From contig JAIFNM010000047.1 in the NCBI GenBank assembly GCA_020047725.1, positions 1 to 51,197 of the forward strand: a stretch of DNA of 51,197 nucleotides, in the 5' to 3' direction. Below are positions 36,402 to 48,682 of the stretch, one piece after another (positions within the stretch are counted from its first letter, which is position 1; every line of letters begins with the position of its first letter). A model generated the notes under the pieces. The model was not told the origin of the DNA, did no database searches, and saw only the letters and a list, made by a program, of their open reading frames with translations. The DNA comes from Betaproteobacteria bacterium. GTDB lineage: Bacteria > Pseudomonadota > Gammaproteobacteria > Burkholderiales > Rhodocyclaceae. Position numbers and translations under genes: made by a program.

Positions 36402-39400
36402 TTGGACGGTTCCAGTAAATGTAGCGCTTCACTAAAGTCAAACCGTAGCGTGGCATGTTCCAGCGCCGCATAGTGCTCGCTGCCCAACGCTGTCTCCAAC
36501 TTCAACCTCTGATTCCCCAGGTGCTGGCGGGCACGGCTGTCGCCAGCAGCCAGCAGAGTTCTGAGCTGATCGATCGCCTCACGCTGCTCTACAGTCAACA
36601 CGACTGCTGCCGCTATGTCAGGACGCGGAGGTTCAACGAGCACGGCCTTCAGCGCATTTATCAGTGGGGCCAATCGTTCCCCAAGCAATACCAGGGTGGA
36701 TTCGACGGCTGGCTGGTCACTCTGCCGGAGAGCGGTTTCAAGCTCACTTGCCAGTGCATAGATTGATCTGGCTCCGATCGTACCAGCCACCCCTTTGAGC
36801 GTGTGCACAGACCGCTCCGCCGTTTTCCGGTCCCCTTGCCCGATCAACTCCGATAGGCGCACGATGTCTTCGCCATGTCCATCCGCGAAAATTTCCAGAA
36901 TGCGTCGGTAACGGGTCATGTCGCCGCGCGTCACCCTCAAACCGGCATCGAGGTCAAGATCGGCGATGGCAGTCAGCTGTGCGCAAAGATCGTCATCTTC
37001 TGCGGCCCAGTTGCCCTGCCTGGGCGTCAGTGCGATCAGGCGCAGAGGATGCTCGCTGCCTGCATCTTCTGTTTTATGCGGCAGCGACGGATCGCCCTGT
37101 GGTAACCATTTGACTAGGGTCGCGTAGAGCTGCGCCGGTTCGACCGGTTTGCCGATGTGGTCATTCATGCCAGCCAACTCGGAGGCTTGCCGATCCTCGT
37201 CGAAGGCGTTGGCTGTCATCGCCAGAATGGGGATATCCTGCCATCCCGGCAAGTTGCGAATCGCCCGCGTCGCGGCCAGTCCGTCGAGGCGAGGCATCTG
37301 GATGTCCATTAGCACCAAATCGTAGTGTCGCAGGCGAGCGTGTTCAATCGCCTCAAGACCATCTTCAGCCACATCAACCGTCAAACCTACGCTCTGCAAC
37401 AGATCACACGCCACTTCACGGTTGACCGGATGGTCTTCGACAAGCAGCACACGCCAGTTAGAACCACCGAGCATCAGTCGTGATCTTTCGGCCTCAAGTG
37501 GTACTTTGTCAGACGGCAGAGCATCGTGCGCATGCTGCAGGCGTGCGGTGAACCAGAAGGTACTGCCTTGTCCCAGCGTGCTTTCGGCCCCGGCCGTGCC
37601 GCCCATGAGTTCGGCCAGGCGGCGCGAGATGACCAGGCCCAACCCGGTGCCGCCATGCGTGCGCGTGACCGACGCATCGGCTTGGGCAAAGGGCTGGAAC
37701 AGTTGCACCAGAACGTCCGGCGCGATGCCAGGACCGCTATCCCGCGCGGAAAACCGGATCAACAAATCATCGTTGCCCTCTTCGAGCAATTCTGCCGCCA
37801 GCGTTACATAGCCGCTGGCAGTAAATTTGACGGCATTGCCCGCAAAATTCAGCAGAGCCTGGCGCAATCGCGTGACATCGCCATGCAAGTAAGCCGGGGC
37901 ATTGCCGGTATCGATAAAGACATCCAGCCCTTTGTTGCGCGCCCCTTCGCCGATCAGGCTGCGGACATGGTCAAAAAGTACGGAGAGGTCAAAATCACCG
38001 GGGTTCAGCTGCAATTTTCCGGCATCGATCTTGGACAGATCGAGGATGTCATTGATCACGTCAAGGAGGTGTCGACCAGCCGCTTCGATCTTGGCAAGCC
38101 GCTCCGCCTGCGTCGCCGTGGCTTCTCCCCGCAATAAGTGAGTGAGGCCAAGGATTGCGTTCAGCGGCGTGCGAATCTCGTGCGACATGTTGGCCAGGAA
38201 GATGCTCTTGGCGCGGTTGGCGACTTCCGCTGCGTCCTTGGCCTGTGCGAGGCGGGTGACATCATAATGACTGATGACGACCCCGTACGGGTCGTGCAAA
38301 ATCGGCGCTGCAATCATTACGAACCAGCGCTTCTCGGTTGGAGAATCGCAAGGATACTCGATCTGGAAGCGGGTGATGTGGCCAGCCAGGACATCCCGCA
38401 GTCCTCGCAACGCCTCCGAGGCAATGCTACCGTCCGGTGAGTCGTCAACGCCGCACACCTCGAAATAATTCACGCCGGGGCCGGAATGGGTGAGACCGGG
38501 GTCGCCGTTAGCCTCGGCAAAGCGCTGCCAGGCATCGTTGACCAGCATGATCTGCCCAGTTGTATCAATGACCGCTATGTGTTCCGGCAAGGCGTTAAGT
38601 ACTGCCTGAAATGCCGCGCGGGCTGCCTCGGCGACATCCCTGGCCGCTTCAACTTCGACGGTGCGCAGGGCAACCAGTTCTTCCAGGTGATGGCGGTGCG
38701 CATCGAGTTCTCGCCCTAGGCGCTTTTTCTCGGAGATGTTTTCTTTGACAGCGACATAATGTGTGACGGCACCATCTGCGTCGCGTAGTGGCGTGATGGT
38801 TGCAAATTCGATGTATTCCTCGCCGTCCTTGCGCCGATTGATGAACTCCCCCTTCCAGGGCTGACCCGCACTCAATTGCGCCCAGAGAGAGTCAATGCTC
38901 TCGCGCGGCGTCTTGCCGGAATGGAGGACGCGCGGATTCTGGCCCAGTACTTCGTCACGCGCATAGCCGGTTTCGCGAAGGAAAGCGTCATTGACGTACT
39001 CGATCTGGGCAGCAAGATTGGTGATGACGATGCTTTCCGGACTTTGTTCGACCGCCAGCGACAGTTTGAGCAATTGAGCCTTGCGGGCGATTTCTTCGGT
39101 AATGTCGCGGGCAAAACCGCCTGTTCCGATGATCTGATCCCCATCGATGACTGGAAACTTGAGCGTTTCAAACCAGACTTGCTGGCCGCCGACTTCGATG
39201 ATTTCCTCGATAGAGAGTGTGTTTCGTGTCGCCATGACCTTCAGATCGTCGGCACGATAGGCGTCCGCCTGCCGGGAAAAGAAGTCGTTATCCGTCTTGC
39301 CGACCAGATAATCTGGTGATGGTTGGCTGGCGGCCTTTGCAAAAGCCTTGTTGGCGGCAAGGTAGCGTCCCTCCCTGTCCTTATGCCAGAGGAGGAAAGG

Positions 39401-41053
39401 GAAATTGTCGAGCATGGCTCGCTGGTAGCTCTCGCGTAGCGCTAACGCTTGCTCAAGCGCCTTGCGTTCGGTGAGATCGATGTCGATGCAATAAATCACC
39501 GGCCCTGCGCTGACTCGTTGCATGATGTGGTTCGAAAATACCGTCACGGGGCTGCCGTCCTTGCGCATCAGAGCCAACTCGCCTGCGGGAATGGCGGGAC
39601 CGCCGGCGAGCCAGGAATCGACAGCTTCGATGACACCTTGGCGCATGGGATCAGGAATGATCAGATCCTCCAGCAGACGTCCAAGCGCCTCCTCGGGAGT
39701 GTAGCCATACAAGGTAGTACTGGCCTCATTCCAGAAAATAACGCGCCGAGAGGCGTCGTAACCTTGAACCGCGATCGATGGCGTCTGTTCGAAGAGTATT
39801 TGCAGTCGCTCTTCGGCAGCCTTGAGCAGGGCGTTACTTTGCCGCCGCCGGCGGTTCTCCCGGATCAGGAAGCCAATAATCAGCAACAGCACGGCAAAAG
39901 TTGCTAGAGAAGCATTCACTTTCGTACGATTAGTTTCATAGAAACCCGGCGTGCGGCCGATGATGCGCGATTCGCCCGGAAGTTGCTTCGCGGAAATGCC
40001 GAAGCGATCAAGTTCCCTCTGGTCGAAGGCATAGCGGTTCGGGCTGTCCCAGACGATCGGAATGGAGGCGACCGGTGTACCAAGCAACAGGTTAAGCAAT
40101 TGCTTGCCGACTACTTCGCCCTGCGCTTCTCCCGAAACTAGCTTGCCGCCGAAGATGCCATCACCCTGCATAAAGTCCCAACCGGTAAAGACGGGTTGCG
40201 AACTCGCCTGCGACACCGTCCTTACCGCGCGAGGCATCGGAATCGCTTTTCCCGTATCGTCAACCGGATAAGCCATAAAGAAGATCAGCGCGTCCTTTTC
40301 CAAGGTTGCCACACGCTGTTGAATGTGCGACAAGACCGGATCATCGAAGACTTCTAACACCGCCGGTTGTGGACGCGAGGCATTCGCTTCACGAAGCGTT
40401 TTCAGGTTGACCCGAAATGTTGGGGTTTGATCTCCCAGAACAAGAATTCGCCGACCCGGAAATAATTCTGCCATCAGATCGAGCGTCTCGCGAAAGGAAG
40501 GCTCTTCGGCGACACCAGTCATTCCGTCGAGGGAGGGGGGGGGATAATCCTTGAGCCCATTGATGCCGCAAAAAAGAATGGGTACGCCAGGGGCAAAGGC
40601 GTCGCGCTCCGCAAGCAGAAACTCTAATGCCGTGTTGTCCGAAACGACAATGGCCTGCGGCAATCGGCCCTGGAGTTTGGTTTGCAGCATGTGCTTGAAC
40701 TCGGTCTTAATCTCCACTAGTTTGTTTGAAAACCGAAGCGCGTCCAGATGCTCAACCTGTAGCGTGACATCAAGCACGCTGTTACGAAGGACTTGCTCGA
40801 TCCCCTTCTGAACCGAATCCGTCCAGGCAAGCCCGGCGTGGTAGGAGTGCAGGACGAGAACATTTGGGATCTCATTCGCCGCGGCGTGTGATGGCCTGGG
40901 CACGAGTACGCACAAGAACAGGAAGATGAATACCTTACCGGCAATACGACTCATGCGGTAGCGTTTCCCTCTGATTTGCCAAACCTTGTCGCCCTGAGGA
41001 TCGGAGAAATCAGGCCGAATGGGTTGCATGTGGCACATAGATCGAGCCATCAT
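36398..41053 (-). CDS. Hybrid sensor histidine kinase (periplasmic ABC-binding-like domain, TM, 4 PAS, HisKA, HATPase, REC, HPt)
   Basis: [49 protein letters not shown]; true start may be a downstream Met. Confidence 0.92.
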   Translation of the reverse strand: MMARSMCHMQPIRPDFSDPQGDKVWQIRGKRYRMSRIAGKVFIFLFLCVLVPRPSHAAANEIPNVLVLHSYHAGLAWTDSVQKGIEQVLRNSVLDVTLQVEHLDALRFSNKLVEIKTEFKHMLQTKLQGRLPQAIVVSDNTALEFLLAERDAFAPGVPILFCGINGLKDYPPPSLDGMTGVAEEPSFRETLDLMAELFPGRRILVLGDQTPTFRVNLKTLREANASRPQPAVLEVFDDPVLSHIQQRVATLEKDALIFFMAYPVDDTGKAIPMPRAVRTVSQASSQPVFTGWDFMQGDGIFGGKLVSGEAQGEVVGKQLLNLLLGTPVASIPIVWDSPNRYAFDQRELDRFGISAKQLPGESRIIGRTPGFYETNRTKVNASLATFAVLLLIIGFLIRENRRRRQSNALLKAAEERLQILFEQTPSIAVQGYDASRRVIFWNEASTTLYGYTPEEALGRLLEDLIIPDPMRQGVIEAVDSWLAGGPAIPAGELALMRKDGSPVTVFSNHIMQRVSAGPVIYCIDIDLTERKALEQALALRESYQRAMLDNFPFLLWHKDREGRYLAANKAFAKAASQPSPDYLVGKTDNDFFSRQADAYRADDLKVMATRNTLSIEEIIEVGGQQVWFETLKFPVIDGDQIIGTGGFARDITEEIARKAQLLKLSLAVEQSPESIVITNLAAQIEYVNDAFLRETGYARDEVLGQNPRVLHSGKTPRESIDSLWAQLSAGQPWKGEFINRRKDGEEYIEFATITPLRDADGAVTHYVAVKENISEKKRLGRELDAHRHHLEELVALRTVEVEAARDVAEAARAAFQAVLNALPEHIAVIDTTGQIMLVNDAWQRFAEANGDPGLTHSGPGVNYFEVCGVDDSPDGSIASEALRGLRDVLAGHITRFQIEYPCDSPTEKRWFVMIAAPILHDPYGVVISHYDVTRLAQAKDAAEVANRAKSIFLANMSHEIRTPLNAILGLTHLLRGEATATQAERLAKIEAAGRHLLDVINDILDLSKIDAGKLQLNPGDFDLSVLFDHVRSLIGEGARNKGLDVFIDTGNAPAYLHGDVTRLRQALLNFAGNAVKFTASGYVTLAAELLEEGNDDLLIRFSARDSGPGIAPDVLVQLFQPFAQADASVTRTHGGTGLGLVISRRLAELMGGTAGAESTLGQGSTFWFTARLQHAHDALPSDKVPLEAERSRLMLGGSNWRVLLVEDHPVNREVACDLLQSVGLTVDVAEDGLEAIEHARLRHYDLVLMDIQMPRLDGLAATRAIRNLPGWQDIPILAMTANAFDEDRQASELAGMNDHIGKPVEPAQLYATLVKWLPQGDPSLPHKTEDAGSEHPLRLIALTPRQGNWAAEDDDLCAQLTAIADLDLDAGLRVTRGDMTRYRRILEIFADGHGEDIVRLSELIGQGDRKTAERSVHTLKGVAGTIGARSIYALASELETALRQSDQPAVESTLVLLGERLAPLINALKAVLVEPPRPDIAAAVVLTVEQREAIDQLRTLLAAGDSRARQHLGNQRLKLETALGSEHYAALEHATLRFDFSEALHLLEPSN

Positions 41054-42196
41054 TCAGTCCTGCGGCACAAGCATCGCGCAGAGATGCTGATGAATATGGT
41101 GCAAGCCGCTCTGCAGTTCATCGCCAAAGTCGTAGAGTTCGATCAGTCCGTCGGTGCGGCCCTGAACGATCGCCTGAATACGTTCTTCCTGCTCGGCACT
41201 CATTCCCAGATAAGCGAAGGCGGCGGTCAGCTCGTCCGCCAGCGCCTGTGTCAGTGTGCTGCCCCGATATCGGGCGCTATCGTAGCGCCGGCTGAAATCG
41301 GCGACAGTCGCCTGCAGCGTTTGCAGCAGAAGAAGAATGCCGTCGGCAGTGCTGGCTTTGTCAACTCTTGCCTGCAGTGCTTCGAGCCGACTGTTGGCAC
41401 TTTCCACAGCAACGGCAAGGTGATCGCGCAGGCGCCCGCACAGTTCGCCGTCACTCTCCGGCATGTTGTTGATCAACAGTGTGATATGCGTGTCGTTGTA
41501 GGCTAGACGGTTCCTGTATTCGACAATTCGTCCCATCACGCGGATATGACGAATTACCGACACTTCCAAGGGGGGGGCCTCGCCTAGAGGCGAGTGAGTT
41601 TCCTCACTACGCCCAACGCGCAACTGGATCGCCGCGTCAAGCCTAAATTTGGCGACCAGGGCGAACAGTGTTTCGGTTACCTGGAGGGGACTTTCACTGG
41701 CGTTGAGCTCGCGCAGAAAACCGATCAACAGCGAAAATTCGTCGAGGTTCGCCATCAGCAGCGCGGAGAGGGTCGCGCTGTCGGCGACTTGCTGATGCAG
41801 TGCGGCGTGATGCGCCGCGTTATGAAGGGTGACTCGAACCTTCTGTCTAAGTTCCTTGATGTTGTAAGGTTTGACGATAAAGTCGATACCGCCGGCGTCG
41901 TACCCAGCGAGGCATGATTCAAGGTCGTCGCGGGCTGAAATGAAGATCACTGGGATGGAGGATAGCTTCACGTTTTGCTTCATCATCCGGCACATCGTGT
42001 AGCCGTCGATGCCTGGCAGGCCGACATCGAGCAGCAAGAGATCGGGCTGGCGCATCTGAAGACATGTCAGGGCCTCCTCGGAAGAGGCGAAGGTATCCAC
42101 AACATAGTCGTCGGCGAAGGCGGCGGCGATAATCCGGCGCGCCGATTCAGTATCATCAACGGCGAAAAGCGTGTAGGCAGGCGGGGTTGTGGACAT
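41054..42196 (-). CDS. Response regulator (REC plus uncharacterised C-terminal domain)
   Basis: FAVDD, LLLLDVGLP, FIVKP; about 250 aa C-terminal region without a recognisable HTH/GGDEF; ORF could extend to 42253. Confidence 0.85.
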   Translation of the reverse strand: MSTTPPAYTLFAVDDTESARRIIAAAFADDYVVDTFASSEEALTCLQMRQPDLLLLDVGLPGIDGYTMCRMMKQNVKLSSIPVIFISARDDLESCLAGYDAGGIDFIVKPYNIKELRQKVRVTLHNAAHHAALHQQVADSATLSALLMANLDEFSLLIGFLRELNASESPLQVTETLFALVAKFRLDAAIQLRVGRSEETHSPLGEAPPLEVSVIRHIRVMGRIVEYRNRLAYNDTHITLLINNMPESDGELCGRLRDHLAVAVESANSRLEALQARVDKASTADGILLLLQTLQATVADFSRRYDSARYRGSTLTQALADELTAAFAYLGMSAEQEERIQAIVQGRTDGLIELYDFGDELQSGLHHIHQHLCAMLVPQD

Positions 42197-42209
42197 AACA
42201 AATAGACCT

Positions 42210-43841
42210 TCAAGGTACAGTCGGGGCGCCCGCTGAGGCGAGAAAATCGGCAAGCGCCGGGCCCAATGCGTCCAGCGCTATTTCCAGCGCCGAGAGCAGT
42301 GCTAGATAATCGACGAGGCTCCTCGTTGCAGCCATTTCCAGCGCATGGCATGCAGCGGCCGCAGGGCGAGCGCCGACCACGACCAGCGAACCTCTAAGAT
42401 GGTGAGCGCTCTGGCGTACTTCATGGCCGACTCCAGCAGCCGTCGCCACCCGAATGGCAGCCAGATCGCTCGCGATCTGTTCTGGCAGCGCGCTGGCCAC
42501 GATTTGGAGCAAGGCAAGGTCACCATCGAGGTTATTGAGCGCGGCCGGCACATCGAGCACCGTCTCCGCCACGCGACCTGAGCTCGATTCCTTGGCCGGG
42601 ATTGGTACGTCGCCGCTCGTTATGCCTGAACGTTCTGCGGGTTCATCGTCAGCCGGGTCAAAATACGCGGAGAATGTAAAGGTGCTCCCTTTGCCCTTTT
42701 CACTCTGGACAGAGATATCGCCGCCCATCAACCGTATCAGGCTGCGGCATATGGCAAGTCCCAGCCCCGCGCCATTGTGGTGGCGGGTGATTGAGCTGTC
42801 GGCCTGTTCAAAGGCATTGAAGATCCGGCGCTGATCGGCTGGCGCGATACCGATGCCTGTGTCGCTTACAGCAAAACGCAATGCCACTTTTCCGTTATCG
42901 TCATGCAACCGGTTGATATTGACCTCAACCATCCCCGCCGAGGTGAATTTAAGGGCATTACCGATCAGGTTCAGAAGCACTTGCTTCAGGCGAGACGGGT
43001 CGCCTTTCACGCGCAGCGCTGCGACCGCGTTGGGCACGAGAAAAGTGAGGAGCAGGTGTTTTGCTTGGGCCGCCGGCAGGGTCTCGCGTTGCAGGTTTTC
43101 AAGAACCGAACCAACAGGAAATGTCACATGGTCCAGCGATAATTGCTCGGCTTCCAGTTGGGTGATATCAATCACCTCGTTAAGGAACGCGAGCAACTCG
43201 CGCGACGCGGTCTCGACTTTTTGCAATTGATTTCTGAGGGTCGGGTCACGGAGTTTATTCTTGACCAACCCGGTTATGCCCAGAATAGCATTCATCGGCG
43301 TGCGGAACTCATGGCTCATGTTGCCAAGAAATATGCTCTTGGCGCGGCTCGCGACTTCGGCGGCTTCCTTGGCAATGCTGAGTGCCTCGGTTCGGGATTG
43401 AACCATCATTTCAAGATGATCGCGCTGCGTCTCCGCCGCCTTGCGCAGTCGATCGAACTGGATCAGGTTTTTAATGCGCTGGCGGGCAATCGACACATTG
43501 ATCGGCTTGGTCAGGTAATCTAGGGCGCCGAGTCGCAAACCGTTGGTTTGGTGAGTAATGCCATCGAGGATCGTGACGAAAACAACCGGGATGCCTGCGG
43601 TGCTGGGATCGGCCTTGAGCAGGCGGCAGACCTCGTAGCCACTCATATCCGGCATTATGACGTCAAGCAGGATTAGATCTGGATGGATTTCCCGAGCCCG
43701 AACGAGCCCTTCCCGACCACTGACGGCTTGATGGATCACAAAGTCATCGGCAAGCGCTGTGCTCAGTATCAAGAGCATGGCCTGCTCGTCATCAATGGCC
43801 AAGACGCTTGGCTTGGGTCGTGTCATTGCGTTTTCATTCAT
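42210..43841 (-). CDS. Cytoplasmic hybrid histidine kinase (REC-HisKA-HATPase-HPt)
   Basis: LAIDD, LILLDVIMP, MSHEFRTPMN, NALKFT, GAGLGL, AHHLRGS; alternative start at 43883. Confidence 0.9.
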   Translation of the reverse strand: MNENAMTRPKPSVLAIDDEQAMLLILSTALADDFVIHQAVSGREGLVRAREIHPDLILLDVIMPDMSGYEVCRLLKADPSTAGIPVVFVTILDGITHQTNGLRLGALDYLTKPINVSIARQRIKNLIQFDRLRKAAETQRDHLEMMVQSRTEALSIAKEAAEVASRAKSIFLGNMSHEFRTPMNAILGITGLVKNKLRDPTLRNQLQKVETASRELLAFLNEVIDITQLEAEQLSLDHVTFPVGSVLENLQRETLPAAQAKHLLLTFLVPNAVAALRVKGDPSRLKQVLLNLIGNALKFTSAGMVEVNINRLHDDNGKVALRFAVSDTGIGIAPADQRRIFNAFEQADSSITRHHNGAGLGLAICRSLIRLMGGDISVQSEKGKGSTFTFSAYFDPADDEPAERSGITSGDVPIPAKESSSGRVAETVLDVPAALNNLDGDLALLQIVASALPEQIASDLAAIRVATAAGVGHEVRQSAHHLRGSLVVVGARPAAAACHALEMAATRSLVDYLALLSALEIALDALGPALADFLASAGAPTVP

Positions 43842-43887
43842 TCTGGTGTTTCCTGCTATCGAGCGATCCGGGCTTTCAGTCACGCCG

Positions 43888-45516
43888 TTAAAGATAGAAT
43901 CGCTGGGTCAGCGCTTTGAGCTCCCCGGCCAGTGTGTTGATGTGGATGGCCGAATCATTGAGGCTGGCGATGGCTGACGAGTTCTCGTCCGTCATCTGGG
44001 CGATTCGCTCAACGTTCGTTGCTACCTGGGTGCTTGCGCTTGCCTGCTCTGCGAGTGCTTCGCTGATGTCGCTGACCGAAGCCAGTGCGAGATCGATACC
44101 CGATTTAACCTCGCGCAGTGACGAACCGGCTTCGTCGGCGAGGCGTGCACCTTCGGTAGCTTGCTGGTGGCTCATTTCAGAGCTGGCAATGGTCTGCCGG
44201 GTACTCACACCGATGGTTTCAACGGTCTGGACAATTTCCTGCGTCGAATGCGTGGTGCGTTCAGCGAGCTTGCGCACTTCGTCGGCAACGACGGCAAAGC
44301 CGCGCCCTTGTTCGCCGGCGCGAGCCGCCTCGATTGCCGCGTTGAGCGCCAGCAGGTTGGTCTGGTCGGCGATCTCCTTGATGACGTTGATGACCGAACT
44401 GATTTGCGCCGATTTTTCTGCCAGCAGTTTGATATCGGCCGTCGTGGTCGATACGGTGTTGGTGATGCTGGTCATTTCGCCGATGGTTTGATCGACGACC
44501 TTGAGTCCAACATCGATGGTTTCGCTGGACGCGATGGCATTCTTGCGCGCGGCGGCGGCACTGTCCGAAATATGGGTGATGCTGACCGTCATCTGTTCGA
44601 CGGCAGCCGCCATTGACGCGGTGGCCTCGGCCTGCTGTTCAGAGCCGAGCGTGACCTGTTTACCCGCTGCCGCCATCAGGCCCGAAGCCTCGGCCAGCTG
44701 GGCCGACGCCCGCTGAATCTGCGCCACCATTTCCCGGAGCTGTTGTTGCATAATCGCCATGCCGGCCATGACGCTGCCGGGTTTTGGCGATCTTTCCGAC
44801 TCAGTATGATCGAGATGTCCGTCGGCAATTCGTTGCGTTGCGTAGGCTACTTCCTCGGGCTCGCCGCCAAGTTGGTTGGCGATCTGGCGCGCAATGAGGA
44901 TGGTCAATCCCAGGCCGATCACGAACGCCGCAGTGCCTGCAAATATGTTGAACCAATGGTTCCGCTGATAAATGTAGTTGGCACCCTCGTATTCCCGTTT
45001 GGCCACTTCAAGCTGCACTTCAATCAGGTCGGAGAACTTGTTCGAGATCGGATCGATGATCGGGTACAACTCGTTGGCGGTAAAAGCGGCTACGCCCTCT
45101 TGATTGTGTTTCTCCAGCATCTCTTTCAGTTTGGCTATCGGGGTTTCACTGTTTTTCATCAAGGGTTCGATTTCTGTTACCAGGCGGGCCTCCTCAGGAA
45201 CGAGTACGGTCGCGAGGTACCCCTTCCATTTGCGGGCAATCAACGCTTCAGCCTCGACAATGTTCTTGATCGCCTCCTTGCCATCGATATTGCCGTTACG
45301 CGCTTTGTGTGCGGTGTCGACAATATTGACCGCATACATGTCAGCGATCTGCTTGAGATCACGTAAAGGGACAACACGGTCTTTGTAGACCGTGTCCAAC
45401 CCGGCGACCGCGGAATTCATGCCGCGATTGCCTGAGCGAATGACGACAAGCAGCGCCAACAACATGACACCACCGAGCAACAGAATGCGATGAAAGACCT
45501 TCAGTCGAGACAGCAC
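43888..45516 (-). CDS. Methyl-accepting chemotaxis protein (four-helix-bundle sensor)
   Basis: TM1, [13 protein letters not shown] 4HB, TM2, [45 protein letters not shown]. Confidence 0.94.
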   Translation of the reverse strand: MLSRLKVFHRILLLGGVMLLALLVVIRSGNRGMNSAVAGLDTVYKDRVVPLRDLKQIADMYAVNIVDTAHKARNGNIDGKEAIKNIVEAEALIARKWKGYLATVLVPEEARLVTEIEPLMKNSETPIAKLKEMLEKHNQEGVAAFTANELYPIIDPISNKFSDLIEVQLEVAKREYEGANYIYQRNHWFNIFAGTAAFVIGLGLTILIARQIANQLGGEPEEVAYATQRIADGHLDHTESERSPKPGSVMAGMAIMQQQLREMVAQIQRASAQLAEASGLMAAAGKQVTLGSEQQAEATASMAAAVEQMTVSITHISDSAAAARKNAIASSETIDVGLKVVDQTIGEMTSITNTVSTTTADIKLLAEKSAQISSVINVIKEIADQTNLLALNAAIEAARAGEQGRGFAVVADEVRKLAERTTHSTQEIVQTVETIGVSTRQTIASSEMSHQQATEGARLADEAGSSLREVKSGIDLALASVSDISEALAEQASASTQVATNVERIAQMTDENSSAIASLNDSAIHINTLAGELKALTQRFYL

Positions 45517-46559
45517 GGCTTCTCCCTTTTTGTGAATTGGATTGGAACAATCTTGGGGGCGGATGTTGTTCCTGCGGAAGAAACCGATGAAACCTGTTCA
45601 TCGGCATCGAGCCCGGCCGGTGTAACCTGATTCCGCCCTGCCGATTTGGCGCGGTACAAAGCCTTGTCGGCTTGCTGGAACAGGAAATCCTCGTCACATC
45701 CTTCGTGTGGAATTAGGGATATCAGACCGATGCTGAGCGTTGCCTGTCGGGCATCGTCGATGACCATCCTGAGCGCATGGGCAGCTTTTCGGATCGATTC
45801 CGCAATTCTTTGCGCTATGGGCTGTTCAGTGTCGCCCAGAATCAGCGCGAACTCGTCGCCGCCGATGCGTGCCGCAAGATCGTCCGGCCGGCGGGCATGC
45901 TCCTGTAGAATTCGGCTAATCTGGATCAGGCATCGGTCCCCGGCAGCATGCCCGAACGCATCGTTGTAATTCTTGAAGTAATCGATATCGATCATGAGCA
46001 GGCTGATGGGCGTGCAGCTGCGGCTGCGGCTGCGCATTTCTCGGCCAAGGAACTGTTGAAAAGCTCTCCGGTTGCCCAATCCGGTCAATGGGTCTTGCAT
46101 CGCCAGTGCTTCTGCACGCAGTTCGGCCTGCTTACGCTGCGTGATGTCATGATGAGAAATCACGAAGAATCCTGCGCATTCATCGCCCTGCAGCGGCGTC
46201 ATCCGCATCAAGAACCAGCGCTGTTCATTTGGACTGTGGCACGGGTATTCATGGCAGAAAGTCTCCTCCTCGCCAGACAGCACCTTTTGGAACACTTGCA
46301 ATATCTCACCAGCCAGGCTATCGCCTTCGGCTGCCGATCTGGAGAGCGTTTCAAGATAGTTTTGGCTCACGCTGGGATAGTCGTGCACCATGCCATTTTC
46401 GGCACCGAACTTTTGCCAGGCCAAATTGACCTCGAGAATGTTTCCCGTCTGGTCAATGACAGCGATCTGCTCTTCCAACGAATGGAACACCGAGGTATGT
46501 AGAGCCGCCGATATCGTCACGATAAAAGCATCCTTATGAGGCATCTGTCCAAGCTTCAT
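45501..46559 (-). CDS. PAS-GGDEF diguanylate cyclase
   Basis: [30 protein letters not shown]-site, [17 protein letters not shown]. Confidence 0.92.
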   Translation of the reverse strand: MKLGQMPHKDAFIVTISAALHTSVFHSLEEQIAVIDQTGNILEVNLAWQKFGAENGMVHDYPSVSQNYLETLSRSAAEGDSLAGEILQVFQKVLSGEEETFCHEYPCHSPNEQRWFLMRMTPLQGDECAGFFVISHHDITQRKQAELRAEALAMQDPLTGLGNRRAFQQFLGREMRSRSRSCTPISLLMIDIDYFKNYNDAFGHAAGDRCLIQISRILQEHARRPDDLAARIGGDEFALILGDTEQPIAQRIAESIRKAAHALRMVIDDARQATLSIGLISLIPHEGCDEDFLFQQADKALYRAKSAGRNQVTPAGLDADEQVSSVSSAGTTSAPKIVPIQFTKREKPCCLD

Positions 46560-48637
46560 TCCGAGAACTGCGCTGAGAGTCGATTGAGTTTCTCGGCGAG
46601 CACGGCCAGATCTTGCGATTGCCGCGCAGATTGTTGTGCGGCGTCCAGATCACTCTCCGAACGAGAGGCGATGGCTGCCATGGCCTTGGCGACCTCGCGC
46701 GTGGCGGCCGCACTTTCTCCGAGCGAATCCTGAATCTGCTGCATCGCCTGCGTACTCGCTGTGACCGAGTTCTCAACCTGCCCCGCCATGTCTCCCGCGC
46801 TGCCAGCTCGCTGGGCGCCGGCGATGACTTGTTTGCTACTGTCGGCGATTTCACCAGCCACATCGGTACTGGTTTCCTGGATACGCTGAATCATCGTCGC
46901 GATCTCTTGCGTCGAATAGGCCGTGCGTTCGGCGAGCTTGCGGACTTCGTCCGCCACTACTGAAAATCCTCTTCCTTGTTCACCGGCTCGCGCCGCCTCG
47001 ATCGCCGCATTGAGCGCCAACAAATTGGTCTGGTCGGCGACGTCCTTGATGACAAGCACGATACGAGAGATTTCTTGGGACATCTCGGCCAGATTGGCGA
47101 TTTTTCTCTCAGTGTTAAGGACTTTCTTTGCGGCCTGGTCGATCTGCGCGGCCACTTCATGACTGAGTGCTGCGCTCTCTTGCGTTCGCCGTGAGGATTC
47201 TCGGGCATCGTCGATAGCGCTCAGCGCATTCGCTGTCATCTCGTCCATAGCGACCGAGAGCTCTTCAACGGAGGATGAGATGGTGCTGATCGCGGTTGAT
47301 TGGCCGTCGGCCGACTCTAGCGATGTTGTGCTTGCCCGCATAATCTGCGCACTGTGATGTTCTAATGACCGCGCTGTTTGCTTGATCACGCTGATGGCTT
47401 CGTGCAACCGATTCCGGAGCATGGCGACCCGCGTCAAGATCGTGCCGAATTCGTTTTCGCTTCCGCCGGTGATGACCTCGGACAAATTCCCGCCAGCCAC
47501 TTGCGACACTGTCCTTTCGGTACGCCGTGCATCCCGTGTAATCTGCGCCAGCAGCAATCCGGAGAAGATGAGACCAATAAGCACTGCGGACAAACCAATA
47601 GAGGCGCTTCGATTACGGGCCGCCAATGATTTTGCTTCCAACTGGCCGAGTAACTCGGGGGTGTGCTTGTCGAGGCGCGCGATTTCCGCCAGCATAATGT
47701 CCCGCATTTCGCGCCATTTTGGCGTTTCGCTCTTGTTGAGTTGGGACTTGGCCAACTCTAATTCCCCGGCCTTGATATAACGGAAAATGACTTCATGAAT
47801 CGTTCGCTGCTCGGAACGAAGCGACAGGATTTTCTGTGGCAAACCGGATTTGAAGTGGCTGTCGTCTACTGCCCTGGCTTCGGTGACTGCTTTGTCGAAG
47901 GATGTCTCGGCGGTCTTGTAGTTCTCATAGGCCTTGGGGTTGGCGGGATCGAGCATGATGTTCCGGGTCGCCTGACCCATTTGCAATCCCTGGGCGTAGA
48001 GATTATAGAAACCGGCCCGGCGTACCACGTCGTAATCGATGTATTGGCGGTACGCGCGCTCAATGACACCGGCCGAGCGCTGGCTGTCGATCAGGCTGCC
48101 GATAAAAAGCAGCATCACGACCCCCATAATGATGCCCAACCGCGTGCCGATCCGGATGTTGGAAATCCGGGCTACGAGCCGCTCAAAGATGCCCACTATG
48201 CCCTGACGAACGAGTTGCCCTTCGCGAAGCTTTAGGTGCGTATCCGTATTGAGTTTGCGGTAAAGGTGCTCGGCCGCTTCAACTTCGTCTGCCTTTGGTT
48301 TGACGCGCACGGACATGTAGCCACCATCCTGCATGGGAGTGACCGACGTTCGCACCCAATAATGGTCGCCATTCTTGCAACGATTCTTGACGATGCCCGA
48401 CCAGGGTCGCCCTTGCTTGATCGTCTGCCATAGATCGCGAAAGGTCTCAGCCGGCATGTCAGGGTGTCTGAGCAGATTGTGCGGCTTGCCCATCAATTCG
48501 TCGCTGGAAAAGCCGCTGATTTCAACAAAATCATCATTGACGAAGGTAATTTGCCCCTTGTCATCAGTGTGCGAAATGATGGCGATGTCTGACCCTATCT
48601 CGATCGCTCTGCCGGTTACCGGTTGGCTGTTTCTCAT
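46556..48637 (-). CDS. Aer-like methyl-accepting chemotaxis protein with N-terminal PAS and an additional periplasmic domain
   Basis: [45 protein letters not shown]; two TMs about 170 aa apart; MCP signalling hairpin. Confidence 0.92.
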   Translation of the reverse strand: MRNSQPVTGRAIEIGSDIAIISHTDDKGQITFVNDDFVEISGFSSDELMGKPHNLLRHPDMPAETFRDLWQTIKQGRPWSGIVKNRCKNGDHYWVRTSVTPMQDGGYMSVRVKPKADEVEAAEHLYRKLNTDTHLKLREGQLVRQGIVGIFERLVARISNIRIGTRLGIIMGVVMLLFIGSLIDSQRSAGVIERAYRQYIDYDVVRRAGFYNLYAQGLQMGQATRNIMLDPANPKAYENYKTAETSFDKAVTEARAVDDSHFKSGLPQKILSLRSEQRTIHEVIFRYIKAGELELAKSQLNKSETPKWREMRDIMLAEIARLDKHTPELLGQLEAKSLAARNRSASIGLSAVLIGLIFSGLLLAQITRDARRTERTVSQVAGGNLSEVITGGSENEFGTILTRVAMLRNRLHEAISVIKQTARSLEHHSAQIMRASTTSLESADGQSTAISTISSSVEELSVAMDEMTANALSAIDDARESSRRTQESAALSHEVAAQIDQAAKKVLNTERKIANLAEMSQEISRIVLVIKDVADQTNLLALNAAIEAARAGEQGRGFSVVADEVRKLAERTAYSTQEIATMIQRIQETSTDVAGEIADSSKQVIAGAQRAGSAGDMAGQVENSVTASTQAMQQIQDSLGESAAATREVAKAMAAIASRSESDLDAAQQSARQSQDLAVLAEKLNRLSAQFSE

Positions 48638-48682
48638 GACGACGTTTCCCCAAATAGACCTGTCTACATCACCGGCTAACCT

